DNA of 64,000 bases. Origin: the human T2T-CHM13v2.0 reference genome, Homo sapiens. Below the pieces are notes generated by a model. The model did not search any database. It saw only the letters and a program-made list of their open reading frames with translations, and was not told the origin of the DNA. Where the stretch lies: the NCBI RefSeq assembly GCF_009914755.1, contig NC_060926.1; one strand, written 5' to 3'. Both the position numbers and the translations under genes were made by a program. This document shows positions 46,671-60,559 of the stretch, in pieces (position 1 is the first letter of the stretch; the number at the start of each line of letters is the position of its first letter).

Positions 46671-47882
46671 AACTCAAAGGCAGTGTGAAATGACCCGTCA
46701 TGTGACTCATTGTTTGTGGGCACATTCTTAATAGAACTCTTGACAATGGAAAAATCAAATACAACATAAAACCAAATTATTCCACTTTTATTTTTTGTCT
46801 TATTCTTTATGATTATAAATGTAATAGCTTATTGTAGAAAATGCAGTGTTCAAAGAAGCAATCAAAACCATGCATGGAGCACACAGACACCATGGAAACT
46901 CATTTTAATGAAAGCAAGAGCTAGAGACATGCATATAATTCTCATAAAAATAACTTCCTCTCTACCACCTTAAAGAGAAATTTTAAAAAATATTAAAGAC
47001 TTGCTACTTTTGGTTTTGTTTAATAAGTTCCTCTTGATTCCTCTGGTACTGTGTAACGTAGGCCATCCTTCAAGCTATTTGCATTTTAGTGAACAGCTAC
47101 ATTTATAAAACATTTATATTATACATGAATGAATGGGATTTGACTGCACTGTCCTTTCTGAAAACTTTTGCTAACTTGGCATAGGCCATTTTTACTAGGA
47201 TTATTTCTACATATTACCTGATTTACCTTATCTCTGCCTAGCCATGCTAGAGTTTTTAAAAATAATCTATTAGTGAAATAATGTGTAAAAATTCTGATTC
47301 AATGTCTATTGCATAGTACATCCTCAGAAAATGCTAGTTACTGTTCACATTATTAACAAAAGTGTAGGAATTAATTTAGTGGTACTTCTGCAAATGAGTG
47401 ATACTGAAATAAATAAAACAGGCCTGACTTGACTTGCCATCATTTATTAACTGTGGAAACTTTTACAAGCAACTGCAACTTTATAAGCTTCGGCTTTCTT
47501 ATACATAAAGACAGTGTAATAATTTCTTATAAATCTCAAGGAGTTATATTAATTGAATGGAATATATGAAAATGCCTAGAACAATACTTAGCACAGCTGG
47601 CACTCAAATATTGGGTTCCATTTTTTCCTTAATTGTTCATTTTCTTCTCTTTGTTAGAGGTGCATACTAAGTTTTATAGAAAATGGGATAACTTGATTCT
47701 AAGCACCATAAGAGTTGAGACTTGATCATTACTATGGATATAATAAAGAGTATAATGGCCAGGACAAAATAGAGTAAATGAACAAATGAACAAATGAATG
47801 AATAACTCACATGCTTATTGCTTTTACTTCAAGACTGCATCATAAAAATGAAAGATGAACACAGTCATAGTATGTGCCTCAA

Positions 47883-48618
47883 TATATTAGTTACATATTG
47901 CTTCATGATAAATTACCCCAAATGGCTTTAAACAACAAACATTTATTATTGCATAGTTTCTATGAGTCAGTAATTTAGATGTGGTGTAGCTGGATGTCAC
48001 TGGTTCATTATTTTTCCTGAAGTTGCAGTCAAGCTGTTGGCCTGGCTGTGGTCTCATCTGAAGGCTCTAATGTGTCAGAGGGGAGTCCACTTCTGAGCTC
48101 ACACAGGTGGCTGTTGGCAGCCCTCAGTCTCTTGCTGTGAGAAATTGTAAGACTGCCTGATGACATGGCAGCTCGCTTTCACCAGGCAAATGATCCAACA
48201 GAGGGCAAGAACAAACTGAGTGGCTTAAAAACCACAGAAATGTATTCTTTTGCTATTCTGGAGGGTAGAAGTCTAAAATGAAGATATTATCAGACCATGT
48301 TCTCTCTGAAGCCACTAGAAAAGAATTCTTCCTTTCTTCTTCTAGCTTCTGTTTGATGCTGGGAATTTTTGCCATTCTTTGGCTTACAGCGACATTACTT
48401 CAATCTCAGCCTCCATCTTTGCATGGCATTTCTCTATGTTCACATTTTCTTCTACTTATAAGAACACTGATCATTGGATTGAGCCTCTCTAATTCAGTAT
48501 GACCTTATCATAACTTGATTTCATCTATAAAAGCCTATTTCCAAATAAAGACAGATTCACAATTTCTAAGGCTTTGGACTTCAATATATTTTTAGAGAGT
48601 CACAATTTAACCCATAAT
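47883..48618 (-). mobile_element. Two adjacent or nested MLT1 LTR fragments (MLT1E/F-like, then MLT1B/C-like)
   Basis: tggctttaaacaacaaacatttattatt...gttgcagtcaagctgttggc; then actgagtggcttaaaaaccacagaaatgtattc...cctatttccaaataaag. Confidence 0.7.
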
Positions 48619-50154
48619 AGGGAATAAGAAGGACTATTTGGCACATGAAAACTTCCTCAGTCCTTTCTCAAATTTCCTACAGGTGTTCACTTTTGGCAAG
48701 AACTTCTCTAGCAATCACTGCTATCCTTTTTCTTTTACAAGTCTACCTCTTGTGAAGGAGACCAAGGGGGAAAGTAGAGGTGGCATAAGCCAACCACGCA
48801 ATGGGCTTCCACTGGAAGCAGAGATCTTGGCGCAGGGATGTTTTCCTTAGTTTTTCAGTCATAATTAATAGGAAACAGGCCCCTAGATTCTTCCTACTTC
48901 ATTTGGATCTGTAGACACCAACCAACCAATTGCTGACATACTTTATCTCAATTCTTCCTTGATTATAAAACAATATAGATATTCATAGATCTCCATATTA
49001 AGAGAAAGAGAACAGAAAAAAATGTTATACCCATGAGAACGTACAGCTATTCAAAAGGAGAAAATACTCTGAACACTGAGAGTAAATCTCCCTGAAATAG
49101 ATTTACTCTAAAAAAAAGAGAAAAATTTTAGAAATTGCTAATAAGTCTTCCTACCAAGAAAATGGAACTGAAATTCAACTGAAAAAATTGAAAAAAAATT
49201 CCCCTCATTTTAAAGAGGAAAAAAGTCTGAGACCAGAGAACCTCAGGTGCAACAAAAAAACATGAATTCTACATTAAAAACATTGTAAAATTACTTCTTC
49301 CAAGAAAAATTTTGAGAATTTAAATTGTTTAAAGGAGTTTAAGAGAAAATAAAGAGAGAAAACAATGGAAAAGATGAGACACAAAGACAGACCATGGAAA
49401 TACAGTTTAATATTTTGTGGAATTGTCAAATTAATAGGTGGAACCTTTTTTCTGTAATGTGCAAAGCACAAGGGCTTGCAAAGTACCAATTAAGATGAAT
49501 AAAAAGGTAACAATTTGCAACCTGAGAATTTTTAAATTTTAAGGCAAAAAGAAAGAAAAAAATCCCTGTGGTTATCCAACTATGATTCAACAAGCTGGCC
49601 TAAATCTATATTCTTTGGTACTAAGTATTGTCCACATTATTCTACATTGATCTACCTAGTCCAATGCAGAATTTTCAACTTGCTATTCATGTAAAAATAA
49701 AATAGAAAAATAGTCTTTACCATTGGGGGATACATAAAGTATGCCATCAATGAATACTTCTGGGAAAAAATGTATAGTTCAGCCAACTAAAGTAATAAAT
49801 CAACGGAACCAAGACTGGGAAAAGGTAGTAGATAAAAATAACAGAAACAAAAGAAACCAGTAAAGAGTAAATGATAAATATTTGTTGTTACAAAATTGTA
49901 CAGATACATGTACCTCTGAATCTAAAATAGAAGTTGAAATTTTAAGAAAGAAAATTGTGAAAACGTATATATTTTTGAATGAGAATATAATACTTTGATA
50001 TCTGTAATAATGCCATTTATTAAGCATTTATAATAGATAAAAAGTTTTAAGTGCACAATATCATATAACAATTTGTCTGAAAATCCAAAATGATAGTAAT
50101 AAAACAATAGAATTGTCCGGAGAGGTAGAGGAATGGGAGAATATATCATGCTAC

Positions 50155-50830
50155 ATTTATTTTTACAGATATGGCGAAGACAATGGACACTGTTTCATTC
50201 CTTGCTATTGCCAATTAGGAAAAAATAGATACAATTTCATGCATACATATATATATATCTATATACACACACATAAATATACACACATATGTGTGTGTGT
50301 ATATATATTCTATATAAGTATATAAAGATATATAAATAGATCATATAGATCTATCTATAGATATAGATATGTCTATATTTCTATATCTCTGTCCATATAT
50401 AGCATGTATATACATGCACACATATATGTATATATATAGATCTATATATCTATCTCTTACACTGTATGTGTGTATGTGTGACATATATATGTGTCATATA
50501 TGTATATCACACATAGACCTATATATGTATTATATATAGATCTATATCTCTCTATATCTCTCACTCTCTATGTGTGCGTATAAATATATAGAAAGAGTGT
50601 GTATATATGATATGTGTATATATACGTGTGTATATATATGTGTGATTATATGTACACACTCATATATATACACACATAGAGAGTGAGAGATAGATATAGA
50701 TATAGATCTATGTATACACATGTATGTGTGTGTTGTATATATTCATGAACTCATATCTATTTTTCCCTAACTGGCAATAGCAAGAAATGAAGCAATATCT
50801 ATTGTCTTTGCCATATGTGTAAAAATAAAT
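50155..50830. repeat. Long inverted repeat (90-bp arms) enclosing TA/TG/TAGA low-complexity core
   Basis: 50155-50244 vs the reverse complement of 50741-50830: 77/90 identical, ungapped, by my count. Confidence 0.92.
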
Positions 50831-52939
50831 AAAATATCTGTATATAAAGTATCTACATATATCAAATAAATAAATACCTATATATCTCTATGTATCTATC
50901 TATAAATATATATATTTAGAGAGTGAGTGTGAGAAACAAATACAAACAACTAGATGCATACATTGCAACTCCCTATGTTAGAAAAAATGAGCCAAAAATA
51001 AACAGTTCTGAAGAGACAAAAACTAAACAAGAGCCATTTTCTTGGGGACCACCCTCTACATAGACATCTATCCATTTTCAGGACTGCCCTCAGACCCACC
51101 AGCCCGGAAGCAGCCACACCTGTGGTAATCTTTGCGTATTATAAATTACATCAACAGAGTATTAAGGAAACAGTGTTCCTTCCTTTTCCCTCAAAGGTGT
51201 CTGGTGACTGCTAAGATTTTTCATTCTCAGATTTCTCTGTTACTTATACCTCTGGTCCAGGTCAGGGCCCCCAGTAGTAATAGAATAATTTTCATTAAGT
51301 CAGATTAATCTTGAGCATGGCTGGAAATATGACCTCTGACTATGTAACCTGCCTTAATGGAAAGAAAATACTGAGCTGTATTAAGCAATTAAAAAAATCC
51401 ATTCCTAAATCCCCAACAGCGCAAATCAAGGAGTCAAGCAAATGGAATCCAATGCCTGCAAACCAGTCAGCATACATGATATAGAATTTTCAGTAGTGAA
51501 CCAATCTATTTCTGGACAGAACTACACTTAAACCATCACTAAATAACTGAGAAATCTAACCTGTGTTGGAGATTTCATAACACTCCAGTGTATAGAAACT
51601 TTCATGTTAAAGATTCCAGCGTTTTTATACTTTATCTTAAAATGTAGTAAAATGTCAGGGAAGGTGAATAATGGCTAGCTATTATCTTTGGAGTCAAACA
51701 ATATCTCTAAATGAAATTTGTTTAGTATTTTTATCCTTCAATCGTGGGTGGAGTAGAACCTACAGCTATACTTGTTTTGCTTAAGATTTACAACCAGAAA
51801 TATATTATTTAAGACAAGTAGAAAATGTTTTGGAGAATTAATCTTCCATGATGATATTATGTCCTTTTTTTCACTGCTGGTCTATTATATTCTGTCTTCA
51901 TCAACCTCTGAACATAATTCTAGATGACTGATTGAATAGTAGAGACAAGGTGGAGAGATGAGTCCATGGAAATGCAGGAAAGCGTGTGGGACTGGCAACC
52001 TGACCCAAGATGTCCATACTTTTTCTCTGGACTCAGAAGATATCTACTGTTTCTTCTCTTGCAATGAACTGAGAGCTGGAATGCCTTTCAGACCTGAAAT
52101 AGGAACTTAGAAGGAGCCCCCACAAGAAAAGAGCTTTGCAATAAGAAGAGATGGGTATTGAAACCATTTGTGAAAGTTGGTTAAAGCAGCCACATAGGCT
52201 GTCGTAAAATAAAACCCAAGTAGCAATTTACAAATGATAGGGAACAGCTAAAATCCACCTACAGAAAAGATGCACAGGAGAAAGCCAACCAAGGTAAAAA
52301 AAAAGTGAGGACTTCAGGGGGAAGAGCCATTTAGACTTCCAGAAATAACTGCAAAATCATTTTAGGAAATTCTAAAGACAAAGGAGTTTTATTTGAGGAT
52401 CAGGAAGGCATTCACTTAATTACCCAAGAAGGTACCCACTGTTATTTAATCCCTTTTGATTTTCCAGCACTTGGTATGGTGTCTGACATACAACAGTCAC
52501 TCAATTCCATTTAGAAATGAATGCAAGCATAAGGTGTCTGCAGTGTGGAGGGTGGTGCTGCCAAGAGAGGATTATGTGGAGATCCCTTCTCAGTAATAAG
52601 CCAGTAAGTATCTCACTCCTTCCTAAAATTGCCAACTAGAACAAAAGCAGAGAGAGTTAGTCAAGTTTATCTCATGTATCTTAGAAATTCTCCATTCCAT
52701 AGAAAGGTACCTAAAAAGGGAACCTTAAGAATGCAGGTCTAACTATCCTAATGCTGGAGTGGGGCTTTTCTGTACTGCGTAAGGTTTTCCTGCAGTTATT
52801 TCAGTTTTATACTTTTAGTTTTGCTTGCCCAAGAATGCTACCTTGCTTTAAAATTGAAGAAACTCCTCTAAAACATAAAATAACTTATGTTTGTTCCAGA
52901 AACACCTGACTGGGGGAAACCTGAAGAATCTTTTATTCT

Positions 52940-53255
<316 letters not shown>

Positions 53256-53777
53256 AAGAATCTCTTATTCTAATCTACAGGCACCAGCCTGGAGTTCAGA
53301 GGAACCAGGTGGGAGCAGCTGATAGAAATTGAAAAAGAGAAGCAAGTAGGTCAAAACCTGAGGATCTGGAGGGAAAAGCAGTGAACTAGCACATGGCCTG
53401 AAACAACAGAAAAACTGAAGTTTTACTGCAGGAGGCCTGATTTTTTCAGCAAACATGCACATGTGTTTTCACCTCCTCTCTTGTAAAAATGTTAGCAACA
53501 GTAAATTAGGGGAGAGTAACTTATGTGATGTCTGCGTTTGTGAGGATAATAATTATTATAATTACACACAAGTTAATTCTGATCCAGAAACACCTTTAGT
53601 AATGTATGCACTGAAAGCTCTCATGCTTTGCTTTCTTATTACATAACAACAATATTCACAGGACTATTTATGAGAAGGAAGGGACATTCAACAACAACAA
53701 GAATAACCCAAATGCTCTAATTAAAAAATAGGCAAAGGACCTAAGTAGATAGTTCCCTGAGGGAAAATACAAATGTC

Positions 53778-53995
53778 TGTATCAGGCCATTTTTTCACTG
53801 CTATAAAAAACACATGATCCTGGGTAATTTATAAATAAAAGATTAATTGGCTCATAGTTCTGCAGGCTTTCCAGGAAGCATGTTGCTGGCATCTGCTTGG
53901 CTTCTGGGACCACCTCAGGGAGCTTTTACTCATGGCGGAAGTCAAAGGAAGAGCAGGTGTCTCACATGGAAAGAACAAGCAAGAGAGAAAAATGG
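53778..53995 (-). mobile_element. MST (MaLR) LTR half
   Basis: tgtatcaggccatt...ctgctataaa...ctgggtaatttataaa...taattggctcatagttctgcaggc...gagcttttactcatggcggaag. Confidence 0.85.
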
Positions 53996-53997
53996 GG

Positions 53998-54426
<429 letters not shown>

Positions 54427-55013
54427 TTATTCTGTTGATTTTGACTCCACAGTGAAGGGAGAGTTGACTAGTTACACAGACAGCAAAGCGGGAGCTGCAA
54501 TGTGTATGGAGTCTCTTAATTAGATGTTTGTTCGGTGTGAAACATTTATTAATGCAGGCTCAGTGTAGCAATTCTTTCCTTTCCTTTTATTTTCAGTTGC
54601 TTTTTCTATTCACATGATGACTAAGGTATTGGAAGATCCAAAAATCTTACATAGCACCATTTGAGCTATAATAATTAGCTTTTCTTTGGTATCCTAGAGA
54701 TGTTCTCATCCTAGAGTCTATGGATAAGATGTGATTTCATTGGAAATGCCTACAACCCAACTAGCCGCTCAACTTGGTTTATGCTTCTTCTAAATGGGAT
54801 GGTCAGCTGAATTGTCCTCTACCTCTTGTGTATTTACACCATTACTGCTTTTTCTGAAACTTAACAAAACTTTTCCCTGCTTACCTAAATTATACTCATA
54901 ACTATTCTACCTATAACAAGCATTGTTCTCTTGTAAATTTACTGGGCTATCTACAGACTATACTATTTTATTGGCATTTAATCATATTTTCAATCATTGC
55001 ATCCGATTGCTTG

Positions 55014-55053
55014 TAATAGCAAAAACCGCAATTACTTTTGCACCAACGTAATA
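55014..55053. mobile_element. MADE1 (Hsmar1 MITE) single arm
   Basis: taatagcaaaaaccgcaattacttttgcaccaacgtaata matches a MADE1 terminal repeat. Confidence 0.8.
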
Positions 55054-55376
55054 CACAGTTGCCCATACTACAAAGAACAAAATCTTGTAACATGAGAGCT
55101 GGTCTATAAAATCTAAGCTTTGTCTTCTCTGGGTTTATGGAATCAGTCAAACAGAAAACTCTCCTGCTTGGGGAAAGCATGATGAAGAGGTGATGGTCTT
55201 AAATGAAGGAGACGAGGGACAACTGAGTAAACAGTAAGGAAGGGTCTAAATGAAATAAAACATCTTAACACTGAGAACGAGCCAGTAGCCATAAAGCTAT
55301 TATGAAGACAGGCAGGTAGGCAAAATTATAAGGGATCCACATTTAGGTTGAAGTTCTTGGGAGAGGTAATGTGATG

Positions 55377-55403
55377 TGTTTTGTTTTTGTTTTTGTTTCT
55401 GTT

Positions 55404-55435
<32 letters not shown>
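55377..55435. repeat. (TTTTG)n/(TTTTTG)n simple repeat
   Basis: Visible directly. Confidence 0.9.
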
Positions 55436-56003
55436 CTCAGCTTAACAGTCAAGGTTTAGGTCAAATCTCAAGAGGGTGAATCATGGCCACTATGTTCAAA
55501 GTTGGGAACAAGTCTGCAAAACCTTGATCCTCAGATGGTCAGAGTAGACTCAGGAGGCAAGGAGGCAGGGCAAGTCAGCCCCTATTGAGCGCCCTGTGGA
55601 CTGGACGAAAGGCTGGATCTGATGGAATCAGTGCCATCCCCTGAAGTGGTGATAAAAATGTGAAAGTACTGTGCAGGAAGGAACTGAACCCAGCTCTGTA
55701 AGTCCAGATGAATGCTGCCCTGAGGGTGGGCTGTCTGGAGATTTGGGTGAAAGGTTGGTCAAGAAACCTGGGAGACAGGGGGCACCCTTAGATAAAATGT
55801 GTTAAGTAGAAACCTTTATTAGGAATAAAGCGAGGAAAGAGGAAGGCAGTTAAATGCAGCCCTTATATAGCACATGCAAGAACTGTGTGGACCTGCCATG
55901 CAATGGTGCCAGTGCCACTAAAGAACAAAATGAGGGACAATATGAACCCCAGAACATAATGGGTAGAAATCAGTTACTTTTCCTCTTGGTTTTTGATTTC
56001 CCA

Positions 56004-57297
56004 GGTGGGTGTGCAGTCTTATTTCTGGGTTCTCTATTCTGTCCCATTGGTCTATGTGTCTGTTCTTGTACCAGTACCATGCTGTTTTGATTACCTTAGT
56101 CCTATAGTATAGTTTGGTAGTGTGATGACTGCAGCTTTGTTCCTTTGCTTAGTATTGCCTTAGTCCTATAGTATAGTCAGGTAGTGTGATGCCTCCAGCT
56201 TTGTTCCTTTGCTTAGGATTGCCTTGGCTATTTGAGCTCCATTTTCATTCCACATGAATTTTATAACAGTTTTTTCTAGTTCTGTGAAGTACGTCAGTGG
56301 TAGTTAATGCAAATATCATTGAATCTATAAATTGTTTCGGGCAGTATGGCCGTATGTTCATTTTAATGATATTGATTCTTCCTATCCATGAGCATGAAAT
56401 ATTTTCCATTTGTTTGTGTCATCTCTGATTTATCTGAGCAGTGGTTTGTAGTTCTTCTTGTAGAGATCTTTCACTTTCATTGTTAATTGTATTTGTAGGT
56501 ATCTTATTCTTTTTGTGGGAATTGTGAATGGCAGTTTGTTTGTGAGTTGACTCTTGGCTTGACAGTTTTGGTGTGTAGAAATGCTAGTGATTTTTGCACA
56601 TTGATTTTGTATCCTGAGACTTTGTTGAAGTTGCTTATCAGTTTAAGAAGTTTTTGGGCTGAGACGATGAGGTTTTCTAGATATAATATCATGTCATCTG
56701 CAAACAGGGATTGTTTGACTTCTTCTCTTCCTGATTGAATGCCCTTTATTTCTTTCTCTTGCCTGATTGCTCTAGCCAGAACTTCCAGTACTATGTTGAA
56801 TACAGATGGTGAGAGAGGGCATCCTGGTGTCAGTTTTCAAGAGGAATGCTTCCAGCTTTGACCCATTCAGTATGATGAGTTTGGCCCATTGAGCTGTGGG
56901 TTTGACATAGATTGTTCTTACTATTTTGAGGTATGTTTCTTCAAAATCTAGCTTATCGAGAGTTTTTAACATGAAGAGATGTCAAATTTTATTGAATGCC
57001 TTTTCTGCATCTATTGTGATAATCATGTGGTTTTGTCTTTGTTCTGTTTATATAATGAATCACATTTATTGATTTCTGTATTTTGAACCAACCTTGCGTC
57101 CTGGGGAAGAAGCCTACTTGATCATGGTGAATAAGCCTTTTGATGTGCTGCTGGATTTGATTTGCCAGTATTTTGTCGAGGATTTTCACATTGATGTTCA
57201 TCAAGGATATTGACCTAAAGTTTTCTGTTAAAAAAAAAAATCTCTGCCAGGTTTTGATATCAAGATAATGATGGCCTCTTAGAATGAGTTAAGGAGA
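56004..57297 (-). mobile_element. Internal L1 ORF2 fragment (older L1PA-like), no 3' end
   Basis: ORFs [31 protein letters not shown] and [22 protein letters not shown]. Confidence 0.9.
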
Positions 57298-60200
57298 AGA
57301 TTTAACTATCCTAAATACTCCCCCAACATTAGAACACCCAGATTTATAAAACAAATACTAGATCTAAGAAAACAGATAGCCAAACAATAATAGTGGGGGA
57401 CTTCAACACCCTACTGACAGGACTAGACAGATCATCCAGGCAGAAAATTAATAAACTCTGAACTTAAATTGGAATCTCAAAGAAATGGTCTGAATAGACG
57501 TTACAGAATATTCCACAAAACAACCACAAAATATACATTCTTCTTATTTGCACATGGAATGTTCTCTAAAATTGACCACATGCTTGTCATAAAGTAAGTC
57601 TCAATAAATTAAAAAAAACTAAAACCATATGAAACACCTTCTTAGACTATAGTGGAAAAAATTAAAAATCAATAACAAGAGGAACTCTAAAAACCACACA
57701 AGTATATGGAAATTGAACAACTTCCCCAGGAATGACTTTTGGGTAAACAATGAAATTAAGGCCAAGACCAAAAAAATTCATTGAAACAAATGAAATAGAG
57801 ACACAACATAAACCTCTGAGATACAGCAAAAGCGCTGTTAAGAAGAAAGTTTATAGTGCTTAATGCCTACATCAAAAATTTAGAAAGTTCCCAAATTAAC
57901 AACCTGACATTGCATTTCAAGTAACTAAAAAAAAATAACAAATGACAACCAAAGCTAGCAGAAGAAAAGAAATTACTAAAATCAGAGCAGAGCTAAATAA
58001 AATTAATGCATCTCATGAACATCAATGCAAAAATCTTCAATAAAATACTAGCAAACCAAATCTAGCAGCACATCCAAAAGATAAGTTGCCATGATCAAGT
58101 AGGTTTTATACCTGGATGCAAGGATGGTTCAACACACACAAATCAATAAATGTGATTCCCCACATCAATATAACTAAAAGTAAAAAACATGTGATAATCT
58201 CAATAGATGCCGAAAAAGCATTTGCTAAAATTCAACATTCCTTCGTGATAAAACCCTTAACAAACGAGGCATCAAAGGGACATACCTCAAAATAATAAGA
58301 GCTGTTGATGAAAAATCCACAATTAACACCATGCTAAATGGGGAAGAATTGAAAGCACTCCCTCTAATAACTGGAATAAGACAAGGATGTCCACTGTCAC
58401 CACTCCTATTCAACATGGCATTGGAAGTTGTAGCCAGATAAATCAAGTAAAAAAAAGAAATAAAAGGTGTTCACATAGGAAAAGAGGAAGTCAAATTATC
58501 TCTGTTTGCTGATGAGATAATCCTACACCTGAAAAACACTAAAAATTCCTTCAAAGTATTTCTAGACCAGATAAATGACTTCAGTAAAGTTTGAGGATAC
58601 AAAACCAATGTACAAAAATTAGTAGCATTTCTATACACCATTAATGTTCAAGCCAAGAATCAAATTAAAAAAATCAGTCCCGGCCAGGCATGGTGGCTCA
58701 CACTTGTAATTTAAGCCCTTTGGGAGGCCAAGGCGGGCTGATCACTTGAGATCAGGAATTTGAGATGAGCCTGGTCAACATAGTGAAACCTTGTCTCTAA
58801 AAAAAGAAAAAAAAAAAAACAACTCAATCCCTTACAAAAGCCACAAAAATTAAAATATCTAGGAATACATTTAACCAAGGAAGTGACATGTCTTTATAAG
58901 GAGAATTATAAAATACTGATGAACTAAATTATAGATGACAAAATCAAATGTAAAAACATTCTATGCTCATGGATTGGAAGAATCAATATTTTTAAAATGA
59001 CCATAAATCCCAAAGCAATCTACAGAGTCAACACAATTTCCATCCAAGTTATCAATGACTTTTTTTCATAGAATTATAAAATAAAATTTTAAAATTTGTG
59101 TAGAACAAAAAAAGAGCCCAGATAGCCAAACAATCCTAAACAAAAATTTAAAAAGTGGGAGTCATAACACTACCCAATTTGAAATGATGCTACAAGGCTA
59201 TAGTAACCAAAACAGCATGGCACTGGTACAAAAATAGACCATAGATCAATGGCATTAAATAAGAGAACCCAGAAAGAAAGCCACACACCTACAATCACCT
59301 GATCTTTGAAGAAAATCAAGAAAAATAAAAAATAGGGAAAGAAAACTCTATTTAGTAAATGGTGCTGGGAAAACTGGCTAACCCCTTGCAAAAGAATGAA
59401 ATTGGACCTCCTACCTCTCACCATATAAAAAACTATCTCAAGATAGATTAAAGACTTAACTCTAAGTCCTCAAACTATAAAACCATGGAAGAAAACCTAG
59501 GAAAAACTCTTCTGAACATTGGCTTAGTCCAAGAAATTATGACTAAAACCTCAAAAACAATTGCAACAAAAACCAAAATTGACAAATGAGATTTAATTAA
59601 AGAACTTCTGCACAACAAAAGAAACAATTAACAGAGTAAACAGACAATCTACAGATTGGGAGAAAATATTTGGAAGCTGTACATCTAACAAAAGACTAAT
59701 ATCCAGAATCGATTAGGAACTTAAACCAATCAACCATACAAAAAAATTAATAAGCCCATTAAAAAGTGGGCAAAGGACAGCAAACATATGGAAACATATT
59801 CAATGTCACTAATATTTAGAGAAATGTAAATCAAAACCACAATGAGATACCATCTCATACCAGTCAGAATGGCTAGTTAACACATAACAGATGCTGGCAA
59901 GGATGCAGACAAAAGGGAATGCTTATTCACCATTGGTGGGAACGTAAATTCGTTCAACCCCTATGGAAAACACTATGAAGATTTCTCAGAGACCTAAAAA
60001 TAGAATTACCATTTGACCCAGGAATTCCACCACTGGATATCTATGCAAAGGAAAAGAAATCATTTTATCAAAAGACATATGAACTTGTGTTTGTTGCAGC
60101 ACTATTTACAACAGCAAAGTCATGGAATAAACCTAAGTGTCCATTAACAATGGATTGAATGAATAAAATATAGAACATATACACTATGGAATACTATGCA

Positions 60201-60545
60201 GTTATAAAAAAGAATAAAATTATGTCCTTTGGAGCAACACGGATTCCAGCTGGAAGCCATTTATCCTAAGTTAATTAACACAGAAATGGAAAATCAAATA
60301 CTGCATGTTCCCCTTATAAGTGGGACCTAAACAATAGGTACACATGCATATAAAGACAGAAACAATAGGCAGTGAGGATTCCAAAAGAGGGGAAGAAGGG
60401 AGGAGGGCAAAGATGAAAACCTACCTATTGAGTATTATGTTCACTATTTGGGTGATGGGTTCACGAGAAGCCCAAACCCCAGTATCACCCAATATACCCA
60501 TGTAACAAACCTGCATATGTACCCCCAAATCCAAAATAAAATTAT
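57295..60545 (+). mobile_element. 5'-truncated L1 (L1PB4/L1PA16-17-like) with internal deletion and 3' end
   Basis: Starts in the EN domain (gaagatttaactatcctaaata; atagtgggggacttcaacacc). RT motif ctgtttgctgatgagat. 3'UTR ...agaagcccaaaccccagtatcacccaatatacccatgtaacaaacctgc...aaaataaa. Confidence 0.92.
58682..58818 (+). mobile_element. Alu left monomer (FLAM_C-like) inside L1
   Basis: ggccaggcatggtggctcac...cttgtctct plus A tail. Degenerate TSD aaaaaatcagtccc / aacaactcaatccc. Confidence 0.85.
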
Positions 60546-60559
60546 TTTTTAAAGACCTT

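Noticed and set aside
48900-50150. A-rich stretch resembling decayed L1M ORF1/HAL1
   Set aside because: Plausible but too degenerate to assign by eye, so it is not listed as a feature.
55014-55053. MADE1 as a miR-548-type precursor
   Set aside because: Only one arm is present, so no hairpin can form.
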